Of a stretch of 64,000 bases of DNA, positions 39,427 through 51,780 are shown in pieces. Source of the stretch: Lama guanicoe (Eukaryota). The stretch covers positions 390,017-454,016 of the forward strand of contig MU053136.1 of assembly GCA_013239625.1 (NCBI GenBank), in the 5' to 3' direction. The notes under the pieces are model-generated. The model did no database searches. It saw nothing but the letters and a program-made list of their open reading frames with translations, and was not told the DNA's origin. The first letter of the stretch is position 1. The number at the start of each line of letters is the position of its first letter. The position numbers were made by a program, and so were the translations under genes.

Positions 39427-39764
39427 AGCTTGCTGGAAAGAAAATTCTCTGTAACTAGATTTGGCCTTAGTTTCCAAAGTCCAGCCCAGTGGCTTTTTAG
39501 GCAAAGACCACTTCTCTGGCCTCAGTTATTTTGCAGGTGAGAAAAAGGCAAAGTAAATTTAAAAAGGAACTTGTAATTAAATACTCATCCCCGATTTGTT
39601 ATTCTTCTCTGATAAAACTCTATTTTGGCTTCTCAGCATATGTAGCAGAAAGGACCTGGTGCTGTGCCTTTAAAAACTATCCTCAGAGCAGTGTGGAGGC
39701 AGGCATCTCACTGAAGTACTTGAATGAGAGTGAGAAGAAGAGGTGGGAGGGGTGCTCTTGCAGC

Positions 39765-39766
<2 letters not shown>

Positions 39767-39803
<37 letters not shown>

Positions 39804-40235
39804 TGCATGCTTGTGCGCGCGCGCCTGTAACTGTGACTGTTGGCAGAGCTCTAGGTGACATCCCTCTCAACAGCTGGGCCGTGGTCTGCTTCAGAGCTGC
39901 TTGTCAGAGCAATTAGCTTGCTAGAGACGCTGCCGCAAGGATCAGTAGCGTTTCATTCAAGGGTGAAGGGGGTGGGAGGGGACTGTGGGCAGTGGGGGGG
40001 ACGAGGCACAGGTTTCCCAGGAGGAATTTCTTCCGGCAAAATTCCGACAGAACAGAATCTTACAATGAGGTCTCCATTAATAGTGTGAGCTCGCTGTTGG
40101 TTTAAGTGCAGATCCATCTGGGGTGAGTTTTGGATAATTTTCTTTCTTTATATAAAAGTCCTTGAACTCCACAGACTGGGTAGGGAAGAAGCTAGAAAGA
40201 TAGATGTCTTTTATACCAATGTAACTATATAAAAC

Positions 40236-40278
<43 letters not shown>

Positions 40279-40719
40279 TGTGTGTCTGCATGCTTGTGCG
40301 CGCGCGCCTGTAACTGTGACTGTTGGCAGAGCTCTAGGTGACATCCCTCTCAACAGCTGGGCCGTGGTCTGCTTCAGAGCTGCTTGTCAGAGCAATTAGC
40401 TTGCTAGAGACGCTGCCGCAAGGATCAGTAGCGTTTCATTCAAGGGTGAAGGGGGTGGGAGGGGACTGTGGGCAGTGGGGGGGACGAGGCACAGGTTTCC
40501 CAGGAGGAATTTCTTCCGGCAAAATTCCGACAGAACAGAATCTTACAATGAGGTCTCCATTAATAGTGTGAGCTCGCTGTTGGTTTAAGTGCAGATCCAT
40601 CTGGGGTGAGTTTTGGATAATTTTCTTTCTTTATATAAAAGTCCTTGAACTCCACAGACTGGGTAGGGAAGAAGCTAGAAAGATAGATGTCTTTTATACC
40701 AATGTAACTATATAAAACA
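39767..40719. repeat. Direct tandem duplication, period 483 bp
   Basis: 39803-40236 and 40286-40719 appear identical by eye, and the ORF track shows identical 77-aa ORFs 483 nt apart. Each copy is preceded by a (TG)n array of different length. Confidence 0.95.
39803..40122 (+). other. Candidate internal alternative first exon / promoter-proximal region of R3HDM2 (second copy 40286-40605)
   Basis: Locally GC- and CpG-richer unique sequence after (TG)n and a GCGCGCGCGC run, ending in a strong donor CTGGG|gtgagt (40122/40123). No obvious polypyrimidine acceptor upstream. Start position is uncertain. Confidence 0.4.
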
Positions 40720-41994
40720 CACTAGGAAATTAGATAATTTTCAGGTGTTAAGTTTGTGAGGCTTTTGTGGGTATTTCTGTTTGTTTCTTATCTTTAAAAC
40801 ATTATTAAAAATTAGGTTTGCTAAAACTTTTCCTGTAGTCAAATTCTACCTCTTTTGTGCCTATTTCAAGCAATGCTTCATTCAGATTTAGCTTATGAGG
40901 ATAGTGGTGATTTCTGTTCTCTTTGGTGATGCTGTTGACGCACATTGCAGGAAGCAGGGAATCCCCTATAAATATCCTTCACTGTGTCATTCTACAGCTG
41001 TCCACACCCTGTTGGTGAATATGTCTTTCTGTCCTATGTCTTTACATAACTGTCCTCTAGTCTTCAACTGTGATAAGAAACATGTCGCTTTTGCTGTGTC
41101 TAGGAAGCTTTTTTGATTATTCATATCTTAGGAGGAATTTGTTCAACCTTTTTCATGAAACATGCCTTTTGATGTGTTGAGATTGTCTTAAGAATTTCCT
41201 GCGTGTTTACTTGCCTTTTATTTTGGATTGCTTGCTTGTTTCCTATAATTGGTTTGTTTTTGTTTGGTGGCCTTGGATTCTAAAGAGTGCAGAGATGGGA
41301 TTCCCTCTACCTCCAGTGACGTAGTGATTTTGTTTGCAGTCTTTTTCTTCTAAGAGGGAGGAGGCAGAGAAAAGGAAGATGAAAAATCCATCTGAAGCGG
41401 TGCGTTCCCCCATCTATGCCTTGATGGTAACTGGCTACCACTGAACAGAGCTGAAGCCAAAGTGGGATGTTGTTAATGATAGGGATGCTATTTTATTTGT
41501 TTCCTTTTAAAATAGGCTGAGGCCAAAGTCAGGATTGCTGAAGCAGATTGCTTGAATTAACCCTGTATGTCCTGCTGCTAATGAATTTTATTTAATTGCT
41601 TTTTCTAAATATGAGATAAAAGGGGGCTTATAAACAAGTTTCTGGAACCTAGCATCCATGAGTAATTCTAGGTTGGGTTTTGGAATTAAAAAATTTTCTG
41701 CCCTGAGAAACAGAGCAGGTGCTGTTTCTCAGATTTCAAAAATAGGTGGTTATATAAAATTCCTGCCACTGTAGTTAGAGTAAAACTCTCATTTTGAATG
41801 TATGGAGCTAAAACAAAGCTTTAGGAAGAAATTGTTATACTCTTAGTTGTGAACCTAACTTACCTTTTTTTGTATTAAGTGTTTGGGCTTCCAGTTCCTT
41901 TTTATGCAACTCCATTTTAATAACACTGATCTCTGGAGGGCTGCCTGCAGAGGCCAGTGTGAAAAATTCAGTAGACTAGAGCCTAGGAATATTT

Positions 41995-42043
41995 TTTTTA
42001 ACATTTTTTTAATTGAGTTATAGTCATTTTACAATGTTGTGTC
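41995..42043 (-). mobile_element. Extremely 5'-truncated young L1 (~50 bp)
   Basis: ttttaacattttttaattgagttatagtcattttacaatgttgtgtc, same terminus as 11902; degenerate TSD agagcctaggaatattt / agaagctaagaatattt. Confidence 0.8.
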
Positions 42044-43104
42044 AGAAGCTAAGAATATTTTAAGTTTGTCCATGGATGTGTTTAGATCACATATGTCAAA
42101 AAGTGCCTTTAAGAACTTGCTGGTTTATTTTCTATCCTGATATTCTTTTCTGTTTTATGCTTTCATTTATTGTAAGTTCTGTGTGTGAAGGGAAAAAAGT
42201 AATATCTGCTTTTTAGCTTACGTTATGCAGTCCTATCTTTATGGTAGTTCAATTTTATTAATATTTATTACAGCCATAAATATTTCAAACTAACAAAATT
42301 CTAGTTTTATTTGGAAAGAAGTTGGGGGAAGAAAAAGAAAGACAATCCTAGGGTAAACCAAGAGCATTCTGGAAGAATAAACTATTTAGAAGCTTGCCAG
42401 AGACTGGAGATGTAAGGGTTAAGAGAAATTCCACTGCATCCTTGCATTTAGATATTGCAGCAAATATGTGGGTAATTTCTTGCTAGCTTTTCAGGAAACC
42501 CCTGTGGTGGACAACCCTCATTAATTGTTGCTGGGAGACTGCTCTGACGTCACTGGGAGCAGTTCCCCCGTCTGCAACTAGGACAGGAATAGCCTTTGAG
42601 GGGGAAGAAAACTGCTGTGAAGTTAAAAGATGATGGTTTTGTTAACTTGGTTTTCCTTCCATTTGGGAGTGGGTTGGGTAGAACTTAAGTCTTTCTTAAA
42701 TGTTTCACTCATTAGCAATAGAAAAATTACTAAGAGATCTTTTAATTTCAACTGACAATACCTTCTTTTTAAATCTTTGTTTTCTAACCATCAAGGTTTT
42801 AGAAAAGGTCAAGGAAAGAAAAGCTGTTGAAAGATGTTGGAGAATTAAAATTTGTTTCTTTTTATCCTTCCTTTTTTCACTTTTTTTTTTTTAAGGAGAA
42901 GGAAGAGATTAAAAACTGTTTTTTACAAAAGGTGTTTAGCATCACTTTATTTGGGATAATTAAAAATGTGATATATGTGGGAAAGCTTTCTGGCAAAATT
43001 GATAGGGACTTTTTCTGTTCCTAAAAGTTACCATAAGTACTTCTCTCCAATATTCTCCTCTCCTAGCCCACCCACACCCACTGTTATATAGCCTGTTAGG
43101 AGCT

Positions 43105-43385
43105 TCTTTTTTGGGAAAGTATACATAGTAGCTAAATCCCTGGACTCTGAATTTAGGCTGCCCGAGTTAAAAATCCCAGCTATGCCAATTGCTGGTTCTG
43201 TGACCTCGGACAAATTACTTAACCTCTTTATTTCTTGTATGTAAAATATATGAAATGATTATGATTATAGCATTCACCTGCTAGGGTTGTTCTGAGGATT
43301 AAAAGAGTTAATACATGTAAAGCTTTTAAAATTGTTCCTGGTCATCTTAAAGGCTTACTTAGCATTAGCCATTATTATTAATATT
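43105..43385 (+). mobile_element. MIR SINE, near full length
   Basis: aatcccagctatgcc...tgtgacctcggacaaattacttaacctct...tagggttgttctgaggattaaaagagttaatacatgtaaagc. Confidence 0.88.
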
Positions 43386-44429
43386 TAGAAATTAAACAGG
43401 AATATACCATTTATATCTTCAGATCACCTGTAATTTTTGAGGAAGCTAAAAGAGATGTTCAAATCATATAGGCTGTTGAGTTTTTAAAATGGATATAAGT
43501 ATTATCTAAATATTTAAGCTTAAAATTGACACTATTGATCCTCTTCGGAAGTATCTTTTCTAATTTGATGCTTATAGACCAAATTACAAACGCCTTCCCT
43601 CAGATTAACTGCTCTGTTTTTCTTTTTTTGGCCATCATTGATTTTTTGACTTCTATAGGTGATGGTTGGTTGGGTTTTTTTGTTTTGTTTTGTTTTGCTT
43701 TACTTTTTACTTTCTTCCATTGGTTCTGATCTACTTTAAGAACTTTAGGACACTTGCCTTTGGTGTCTACCTCAAACTTCGTATCCTCTACTTTTCTCTG
43801 AATTGATGTGGTGGTGTTTCCTCCATATATTTGTGAGTGTATAAGATTAATATGAGGGCCTATGTATCAAGACTCCTTAAATTCACTAGCTTAAAAAAAT
43901 CTAGAATCTTTAATGAACCAAGTGCCAAGTCACAAATATGAAAATATCCAATTTCTCCATGACCCTTTACCTTTTAATTTCATATTAAAGACTTGAGTGT
44001 TACTCTTTTGTGGTTTTTGAGACTTCCCCTTTAAGATTGCTCTCTAAACTACCACAGTGCACTGGTAAGAGCTGGTAATGTGTGTAACAATAATAGCAAA
44101 GAAAATACCCCCTTGTATAAAGTTTTATTCTTTCCTCCCTATTAATTTTCTGAGGCCAGTGAGTTTTAAGAAGCACAGGGTACATATCTTTTCCAGTGGA
44201 ATACATAGGGAAGGAGAGTTAATATTATTAAAAAGGAGGACATGAATTGAAGAAAAATAAAAAGCAAGCACTGCCCAGGTGAATGCCCTTAACATCCAGG
44301 CACTACCATGGGATACGCTAAGTGGAAATTATACGTTGCTGGGGGAATAGTTGAGAAACACTAATTAGATAGTGTGACTGGTCTTGCTTTTATTAACTGG
44401 AGTGAACTAGGGGGAAATTTTTATCTCTA

Positions 44430-44900
44430 AAACTCTTGAACATACTTATTTTAGGAAGTTGATGAGAAATGTGAATAAAGATACTCATCACAAAATTATT
44501 TTATTATAAAGAATTAACAGCTTCCTAAATATCCAGTAAGAGGGAAATGGTTAAATTGTGGTGTATGTATGTAGTAGAATATTACATAGCTATTAACATA
44601 ACTTTGTTAAAAGTAATTGATAATGGGGGAGACGGTCACAGTTCTAGTAATAGAAAAAAGCATGTTATAAAATGTTTTATATAATGTAAATTACATAAAT
44701 ACTACTAGATATGGAGACATATCCAAATGGATACAAATTCCATACAAATATGGAAACAAAGTTTAGAAAAGCATATCTCAAAACATTCCTGTTACTAATC
44801 TCAGTTATCTCTGAGTTACAGATTATGAATGATTTTTCTTTTCTGCTTATATGTGTTTTCTATAAATACAAAGAAGCCTATATAGTACTTTTCTAATAAA
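44430..44900 (+). mobile_element. Very old L1 (L1ME-like) 3' fragment
   Basis: cctaaatatccagtaagagggaaatggttaaattgtgg...gaatattacatagctattaa. Confidence 0.6.
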
Positions 44901-46224
44901 ATCCTTACTGTTAGTATCTGAAAGTAAAATTTCAGAATGTGTTAAAGTGAAGGTAGATGATGTCATGTAAATTCCTACACACAGTGTTGGGAGTACAGTA
45001 AATGCTTAATAAATGACTGCCGCATACTGAGGAAGATCGCCTCCTATGATTAGCGTCCTTTCCATACTGGGAGGCAACATCACTGAGAAAATATCCTCTT
45101 TATGCAACTTCTTGTCCTTCTGAGGTCAGTGAAGATGTTGTCCTTCTATATGTACTGGCCCAGCATATTTAAAAAAAAAACCAAAAGGTTGTAGGACCAG
45201 AGTGAAATGTTTTGTTGTTCTCTTATGAAGGTGTACAGGAAACCAGTGTAGAGAGAGGCCCAGTAGTGGTTTTCTTTGCAGTGACTTTTTCAAATTTTTT
45301 TAGCTTTGATGTAATTTATGAGTCCTGCTACAAGTCGCTTTTACCCCCTTTTCTGGGTTTTCTCCTTAAGAATTCTTAGAAAATTTGAAACAGAAGAGGT
45401 TTTCTCTGTTCTAGGAATTTCTGGACTTCTGTTTATTACTTCTCATATTAGTCTGCCCTTATGAGCTCCTTGGAACTTGGTGCGAGATGTAGACGTCCAC
45501 CTACTTTGGACTTACTTGGGAACCGAGATGTGCATACAAGAAACTACTTTCAGCGTGTGAGAAACATACTGGAAATACACATGTCAGTAGCTGTTTTTAC
45601 TGGGCAGTAATATCAGATATTCCTGTTTATTCTTTATAATCACTGTAGTTCTTAGTATGTGACTTGTACAATAAATACATGTTTAGTAAATAGTCATAGA
45701 AGAAATGACTATAGTCTCTTAATACCATGACTTTTGTGCCTAAGACCATTTTTTCTTCTATAATGCACAATAATATATACTTAATACTATTGAAATAGAC
45801 ACCTAAAAATTATCGAAGTGGTAATTTTTATGTGTTTACTACTGTTAAAACAAAACAGCACAATAATGTGATCCAGATGAAAATGTACAGCTTCCAAGCT
45901 AATTTTGACCCTGATATCTCAGATTATGTCTACTGCTTAGTATTCACTTACCACTATGTGCCAGAAGATGGGGACCAAAGTTGCTTGTTGCAACCAGAGA
46001 TACTCATCAGTTATTGGCAAAAAGCATGTGAGGAAAGGAGACTACCTTGTAACACATCAGGTGGATTTTAGAATGCTAATGAGCACCACTGGGGAGAAGG
46101 ACGGGTTTTTTTGGTGTAGTCTCCTTATCTACTTTTTAATTATCTTGTTTCCTCTTTGCTTCAAGGAGATCTACAGCTGAAGGGGAAGGAATGGGCATGT
46201 GGAATGTGATGAGCCAATGTATTA

Positions 46225-47023
46225 CAGTAGTTGCCCCTTATCCACAGGGGATATGTTCCAAGACCCCCCAGTATCTACTGCAACCTGGATAGTACCAAAC
46301 CCTGTACTATACTTTTTCTTACGCATACATACCTATGATAAAGCTTAACTTATAAATTGGGCACATTAAGAGATTGACAGCAATAACTGATATTAAAATA
46401 GAACAATTAGAATATTGTAATAAAAGTTTTGTGAATATGGTCTCTCTAAAAATATCTTCTTGTACAAATTTAAAGCCTTTTTTTCTCTCAACTAAGCACT
46501 TATGCATAGTGGCTATAACTTTTTAATTTTAAGGTGCAACAGCAAAATTAGGACAGATTTCTTTTTCCTTCACAATTTCACAGAAGATTCATTCTTAACA
46601 ACCTTAGCATATGATTTTTTCCCCTTTCCTTATTAAGTTGAGAACTTTCTTTCACCTTTTTACTTAAAGGAAGACTTTACGGCTTCTCTTTGGCATATCC
46701 ATATTGGCCAGCATCACTACTTGCACTTTGGGCCCATTTTAAAGCAAAATAAGGCTTACTTGAACACAAGCACTTTCAATATCTGTTAACCAGAAGCTAC
46801 AAAGTAATTAACAGGCAAGATACGGTGGACAGAAGGATGATGCCTTTCCTAGGTGGGACTGAGTAGAATGGCACGAGATTTTATTATGCTATTCATAATA
46901 GCGTGCAATTTGAGACTTAAGTATTGCTTATTTCTGGAAATTTCCATTTAATATTTTTGAACCACAGTTGACCATGGGTAAGTGAAACCATGAAAAGCAA
47001 AAAGGGGGTGGGGGGAACTGCTG
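46225..47023. mobile_element. TcMar-Tigger non-autonomous element (MER44-like)
   Basis: TA target sites (46223-46224, 47024-47025); TIRs cagtagttgccccttatcc ... gggggaactgctg; internal tgttccaagacccccag...acctatgataaag.ttaa.ttataaatt.ggcac. Confidence 0.9.
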
Positions 47024-48799
47024 TATTTCCTTTAGACATAGCAATTTTTTCTCTAAGCATAGTGGAGGGTGGTGGGGGAGAGGAGTGTAGAAAAGAGGAC
47101 AGACATCATAGAATTACAGGAACTGTATGAGCTGACTGGTTTGAGAATATTGAGAATAAGAGCCTGAGGTCTGCGAGTTTTGATTATCATGTCAACATTT
47201 CAAAGAAAGTTATGGGAAATTTACAAAGGTTAGCAGTCTTAAAATGTTTAGCTTTCTCTGTATATTGTGGCATGGGAAGCTTCAGTGTTGGAATTTCATA
47301 TGGGCAGCATTTTCCTTACATTAATCCCACAATTTATCCTAGTGATACTTTTTCACAGTTCAAGAATTCCTGAATTTCTCCTTTGAAATTAAATAAGGGA
47401 AGTTCTCTGGAGTTTTGGGGATCCCTTGTTATTTGCATGGATTCATTGTCATTGCTCTTCACTCCCCCCTCCCCCAATATTCATCTTTAGTATATCAGAA
47501 TGGCAGCATTTCTTATTTGTCTGAAGAGATTATTCTTTGACAGTATTTGCAGCAGTTTCTGTGGAAAATGCTTTATTTAAGAAGAGAGAGAGAGAAGGAG
47601 GAGGAGAGAAGGCAAGGGGAATCTCATCTTGTAGCTCTTAGTGATAGAGCCTGTTGCCATGGAGTCTTGGATCAGATTGGCTGACCCAGGGGCCAATGAG
47701 CAGTTAGAACATAAATACATCATCATTTAACCTTGCAGAATTCATTTACTCAGTGATATATGACATTAATACTGTAACTGTATATAGAGCTGTGAAGTAA
47801 AATATTTCAAGAATGGTATAAGGTAGTTTTCTCTTCTCTTTGAAAATTTGTTGTTTAATATAAACAATGTAATAATATATTATCTTCTTACTTTGATTTG
47901 ATTGGGAAAAGATATGGTGGGAAATACCTATCACCTGTGTTTGAATTGAGCTGCTGCTGCAGTCATTTGGGCTTATGCCAAGTCTAAGTCAAACTCTGGC
48001 TGTCTAGACCAGAGGAGATTTGTCTTTATATCTGAAGCTGCCTTGCTTATTTTGGTAGCTTTAGAGCTGAGTCAGACATTGGCTGCTTTTTCCTTCCTTG
48101 TTTTTCCATCTTTCCCTTCCACTTCAATATGGTAGTCCCTGTCAGTGTTATATTTGCACACCATTTGATCTGGACTTAGAGGATTAGCTGGGAGTAGCTT
48201 CTGAGTTCTCTGTCTTCACTTCTCTAGCTTGTTCATATTTATTGCCATACATCTGGGAGATTTCACTTAACTCAGTGTTAGTTCCTTGTCATAGCAGATC
48301 ATGACATGTATCTCTCCTGTACCTTATTGCTTTAGAGACTGAGAATGATTCATTCATACAAAGAAAATTCCCCTTCTAGATCATGTAAGTGAAAAAAGTC
48401 AAGAGTGTTTTGTTTTTCTTCTTACATTTTATGTTAGGGATACTTGAGAAATCATGGTAGATCTTATTCTCTTCTTGTCCAGTGTTTCCATGCTTGGCTG
48501 TTTACAGGTTTGAAGGATTGACAGAAACCTCTAGAGGTCCATGAGTTTGTTCCCCTTCTTTGAACTATTCGAGTCTCTATGAGTGAGATGTGAGCTTCTC
48601 ATTATACCATCACCTTCTGTCTCAGAGGAATAAAACCAAACTTCAGGTTTATCTGTTAAGCAAAGAAGAGCAAAGTCTGTTTGGTATCTGATTGAGTAAC
48701 TTTTTGTTAGGGATGCCTTAGAAAAATAGGATAGAAAGTATTTGGGGGTTTGTAATATTAGTTATTGTGACCAGAAAGAGGCTCCCAGAGATGGTCAAT

Positions 48800-49360
48800 T
48801 TTTTCAGGTCTTTATTCAGATACCATCTCTGGATAAAGACCTGAAAAGACTGAGCAAACAAGCCATGCTGTTATCTGGGAGAAGACCATTCGAGGCAGAA
48901 GGAAGGAACAGTAAAAGCAATTACCCTAAAGTGGTTTTAGGGCATAGGAGGAGCCAGTGTGATTGCAACTGCATACACTGGGGAAATAGTAAGAGATGGG
49001 GTAAAAAAAATAAGTAGAGAGAGAGAGAAGAGAGAGAGATGGGGTCAGAAGGCAAACTTGTCAGATTATTTAAGGTCATATAGGTCATTTTAAGAACTTT
49101 AGCTTTTGCTCTGAGTGAGGTGGAGAACCATTGAAGCGTTTTGAGCAAAGGCATAACATGATCTGAAAATGTTTTTACACAACTACTCTGCCTGCTATGT
49201 TTAGAAAATACTTAAGGGAAGCAAGATTGGAAGCAAGAGACCAGTTAGAAGGCTATCAGACAAGAGAGATGGTGGCTTAGACCAGGGTAGTAGCAGTGGA
49301 AGTGTAGGGAGTCATCAGATTTTGGTTATATTTTCAAATTAGAGTAAACAGGATTTGCTC
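48800..49360 (-). mobile_element. L2 LINE fragment
   Basis: ctgagtgaggtggagaaccattgaagcgttttgagcaaaggcataacatgatctga...gatggtggcttagaccagggtagtagcagtgga. Confidence 0.85.
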
Positions 49361-50529
49361 CCTGATCATTTTGGTCTTCAGTTTACTCTTCTATAAAAGG
49401 AGAATGATAATATCTACTTGTAAAGTGTCTAGCTCTGTGTACACAATAAAGTGATCAATGATAAACATTCTAGAAGTGAGGCCTCCTTGGGATCTGAGCC
49501 ATCAAACACTGTGTGGTCTTTAAACACCTGACCAGTCATCATGGCTAATGTGTCTGAAGGAACCAACCACTCTTCAGTGATTTCTCTCTTGCCTTAGGCC
49601 TATGCTTAGAGCTGTATCAAACATTGGACTTCTTCCTTTTGAAAGAAGCATTTACCTAAATTGACTTTTTAAAAGCATTTCTTAAAATACCAAAATACCA
49701 AGAAAAATAGGAACTCAAGTACTGAAGGGGTAAATAGAATTCTTATCTTTTTTTTTTCTTGCAGTCTTTTATTGTCTGATTCTCATTAAAATAGGCAAGA
49801 ATCTCACTTGCACAGAGTAATGTGGGTTCAGTACTGATTGGGAAAGGGGTGTACCCAGGATGCCAATTCTGAGTGGAAATGTGTTTGTTTGTAAGAGAAA
49901 AACAGTGCTGATTTTCTGAACATGAGAGAAAAATACACTTCTGTCTTGTCTAAGATACTAACAATACTGAACAGCCTAGAAAAGGGGTCTCCGACTATCT
50001 TTCCCTTCTTACTGTGGAATAGGATTAGGAGGAACTAATGTTTACTTGAGCATCTGCTGTGTGCAGGCACATTACATTTGTTATCTCGTGATTTTCCAGT
50101 GACCCTGTCAGATGTGTATCATGTCTAATCTTACAGCTGAGGAGGCCAAGGCTTAGTTACATGATGAATAAGTTGTGGAAACATTAGTCTTATAACCAAA
50201 TTCTTGTCAAACTACAAAGTCCATAAACTTATCCACTGTAACATGCTTGCTGCCTCTTACACTCTGGAGATGGAATGTTCTTTGTTTTGATGATATAGCC
50301 CATCCTTCAGTAATGCTCAGCCTTTTCCTTGCAGCAGAGGTAGCATTAGGGCACAAGGGTGATGCTTGTATATCCTCCATAAAAGTACCAACTTTCCCTT
50401 ATTTTACCTCTTCACTCCCAAATATATACAAACTCCAGATTGTTGCTACTGGATTCCTTGCTTGTAGGAGCTGAGGACTGTTCCCACCATTATTATTATT
50501 ATTTAGAGTGCATGTATGTGCTTTTAATA

Positions 50530-51390
50530 TATATATACAGCAAAATTTAAATAGTGTCTTAAACAAGATAGAAGTGTATTTTTCTCTCACATTCAGGAAA
50601 TCCAGAGGTAGCCAGTCCAGTCCAGGGCAGGTCTAGTCAATGACCCAGGTTTCTTGTTGCCCCACTGTCTATGGTTTTCAATCCTAGTATCATCTCACAG
50701 AACCAGATGGTTGCTAAAGTGCCAGCCTTTACTTCTACATTCATGGCAGCAAGAATTAGGGATAAGTAGAGAAGGGCCATCCACTTCCTGCAAGGTTACT
50801 TCATAGAAGTTGTATTTACTACTTGTATTAGTTTCCTAGGATTGCTGTAATAAAACACCACAAACTGGGTGGCATAAACAACAGAAATTTATTTTCTCAC
50901 AGTTCTGGAGGCTAGAAGTTCCAAGATCAAGATGTCAGCAGGCTGTATTTTTCCCAAAGCCTCTCCCCTGGATTTCCTAATGCCCTTGTTTTCACTGTGT
51001 CCTCACGTGGTCTCATCTGTGTGCCCACATATCTCTGGTGTATCTTTGTGTGTCTCAGTTTGCTTGTCTTATAAAGGTATCAGTCAGATTAGGCCTCGTT
51101 TTAATTGAATCACCTCTTTAAAGGTGCTGTCTCCAAATATACTCACATTCTGAAGTTCTAGGTGGTGAGGCTTAGGGCTTCAACATTTGAATTTTGAGGG
51201 GACACAGTTCAACATATAACACTACTTCTCTTCACTTCCCATGGGCTAGAACCTAGTCACATACTCATTTTTAGCTACAGTGAAGGTTCAGATGTGTGTA
51301 GCTTTCTCACAGGCAGCCATGTGCCCAGCTAAAAATCAAGAGTTGTGCTGAGGAAGAGGTGACTGGATATTGGGGAATAAATAGCAGGCT
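50530..51390 (-). mobile_element. Old MLT1 (MLT1J-like) LTR split by a younger MLT1
   Basis: cttaaacaagatagaagtgtatttttctctcac ... ggctagaacctagtcacat...gccatgtgcccagctaaaaatc...ggatattgggg. Confidence 0.7.
50824..51221 (-). mobile_element. MaLR MLT1A-like solo LTR
   Basis: TG...CA termini; perfect 5-bp TSD ctact (50819-50823, 51222-51226); aacaacagaaatttattttctcacagttctggaggctagaag. Confidence 0.92.
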
Positions 51391-51780
51391 CTCCTTTGCA
51401 ATAGAGGCTTAAGGAATAATGATTCATAAAGGTTTCCAGTTCCTTCATATGAAATTAGATTGTTCTTATCTTACTTCTCTGGCCAGACTCACATTCAGTT
51501 TTAGATTTTGAAAGATTTCTTTTAATACTTAATTGTTGGCTTAGATTTCCTCCCCCCAAAACAGGTGAGGCCTCCAATAAAGGCTTAGCCGTATGGCATT
51601 TAAGTTACAATAGAAAGCATCTTGAAATGCCATAAACAGTAGGGGAATTGTGATTTTTAAAAGCAGTTTCCCAGAATGTCTTGTCTGGGTTGAGTTGGGA
51701 GCAATTTTGCCAGGGCGTGGGAAAAGGCGGTGTGAACTTTTAAGGTCCTTTCCATCCCTAAGATTCTGTGATACTTCCTC

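Noticed and set aside
39855..40571. Twin 77-aa ORFs MTSLSTAGPW...
   Set aside because: They start at GTG, resemble no protein I know, and appear twice only because of the 483-bp duplication.
29937..51226. Two MLT1 LTRs (29942, 50824) both preceded by ctact, suggesting paired LTRs of one provirus
   Set aside because: Each has its own flanking TSD, they are visibly diverged and 21 kb apart with no internal MaLR sequence; most likely coincidence.
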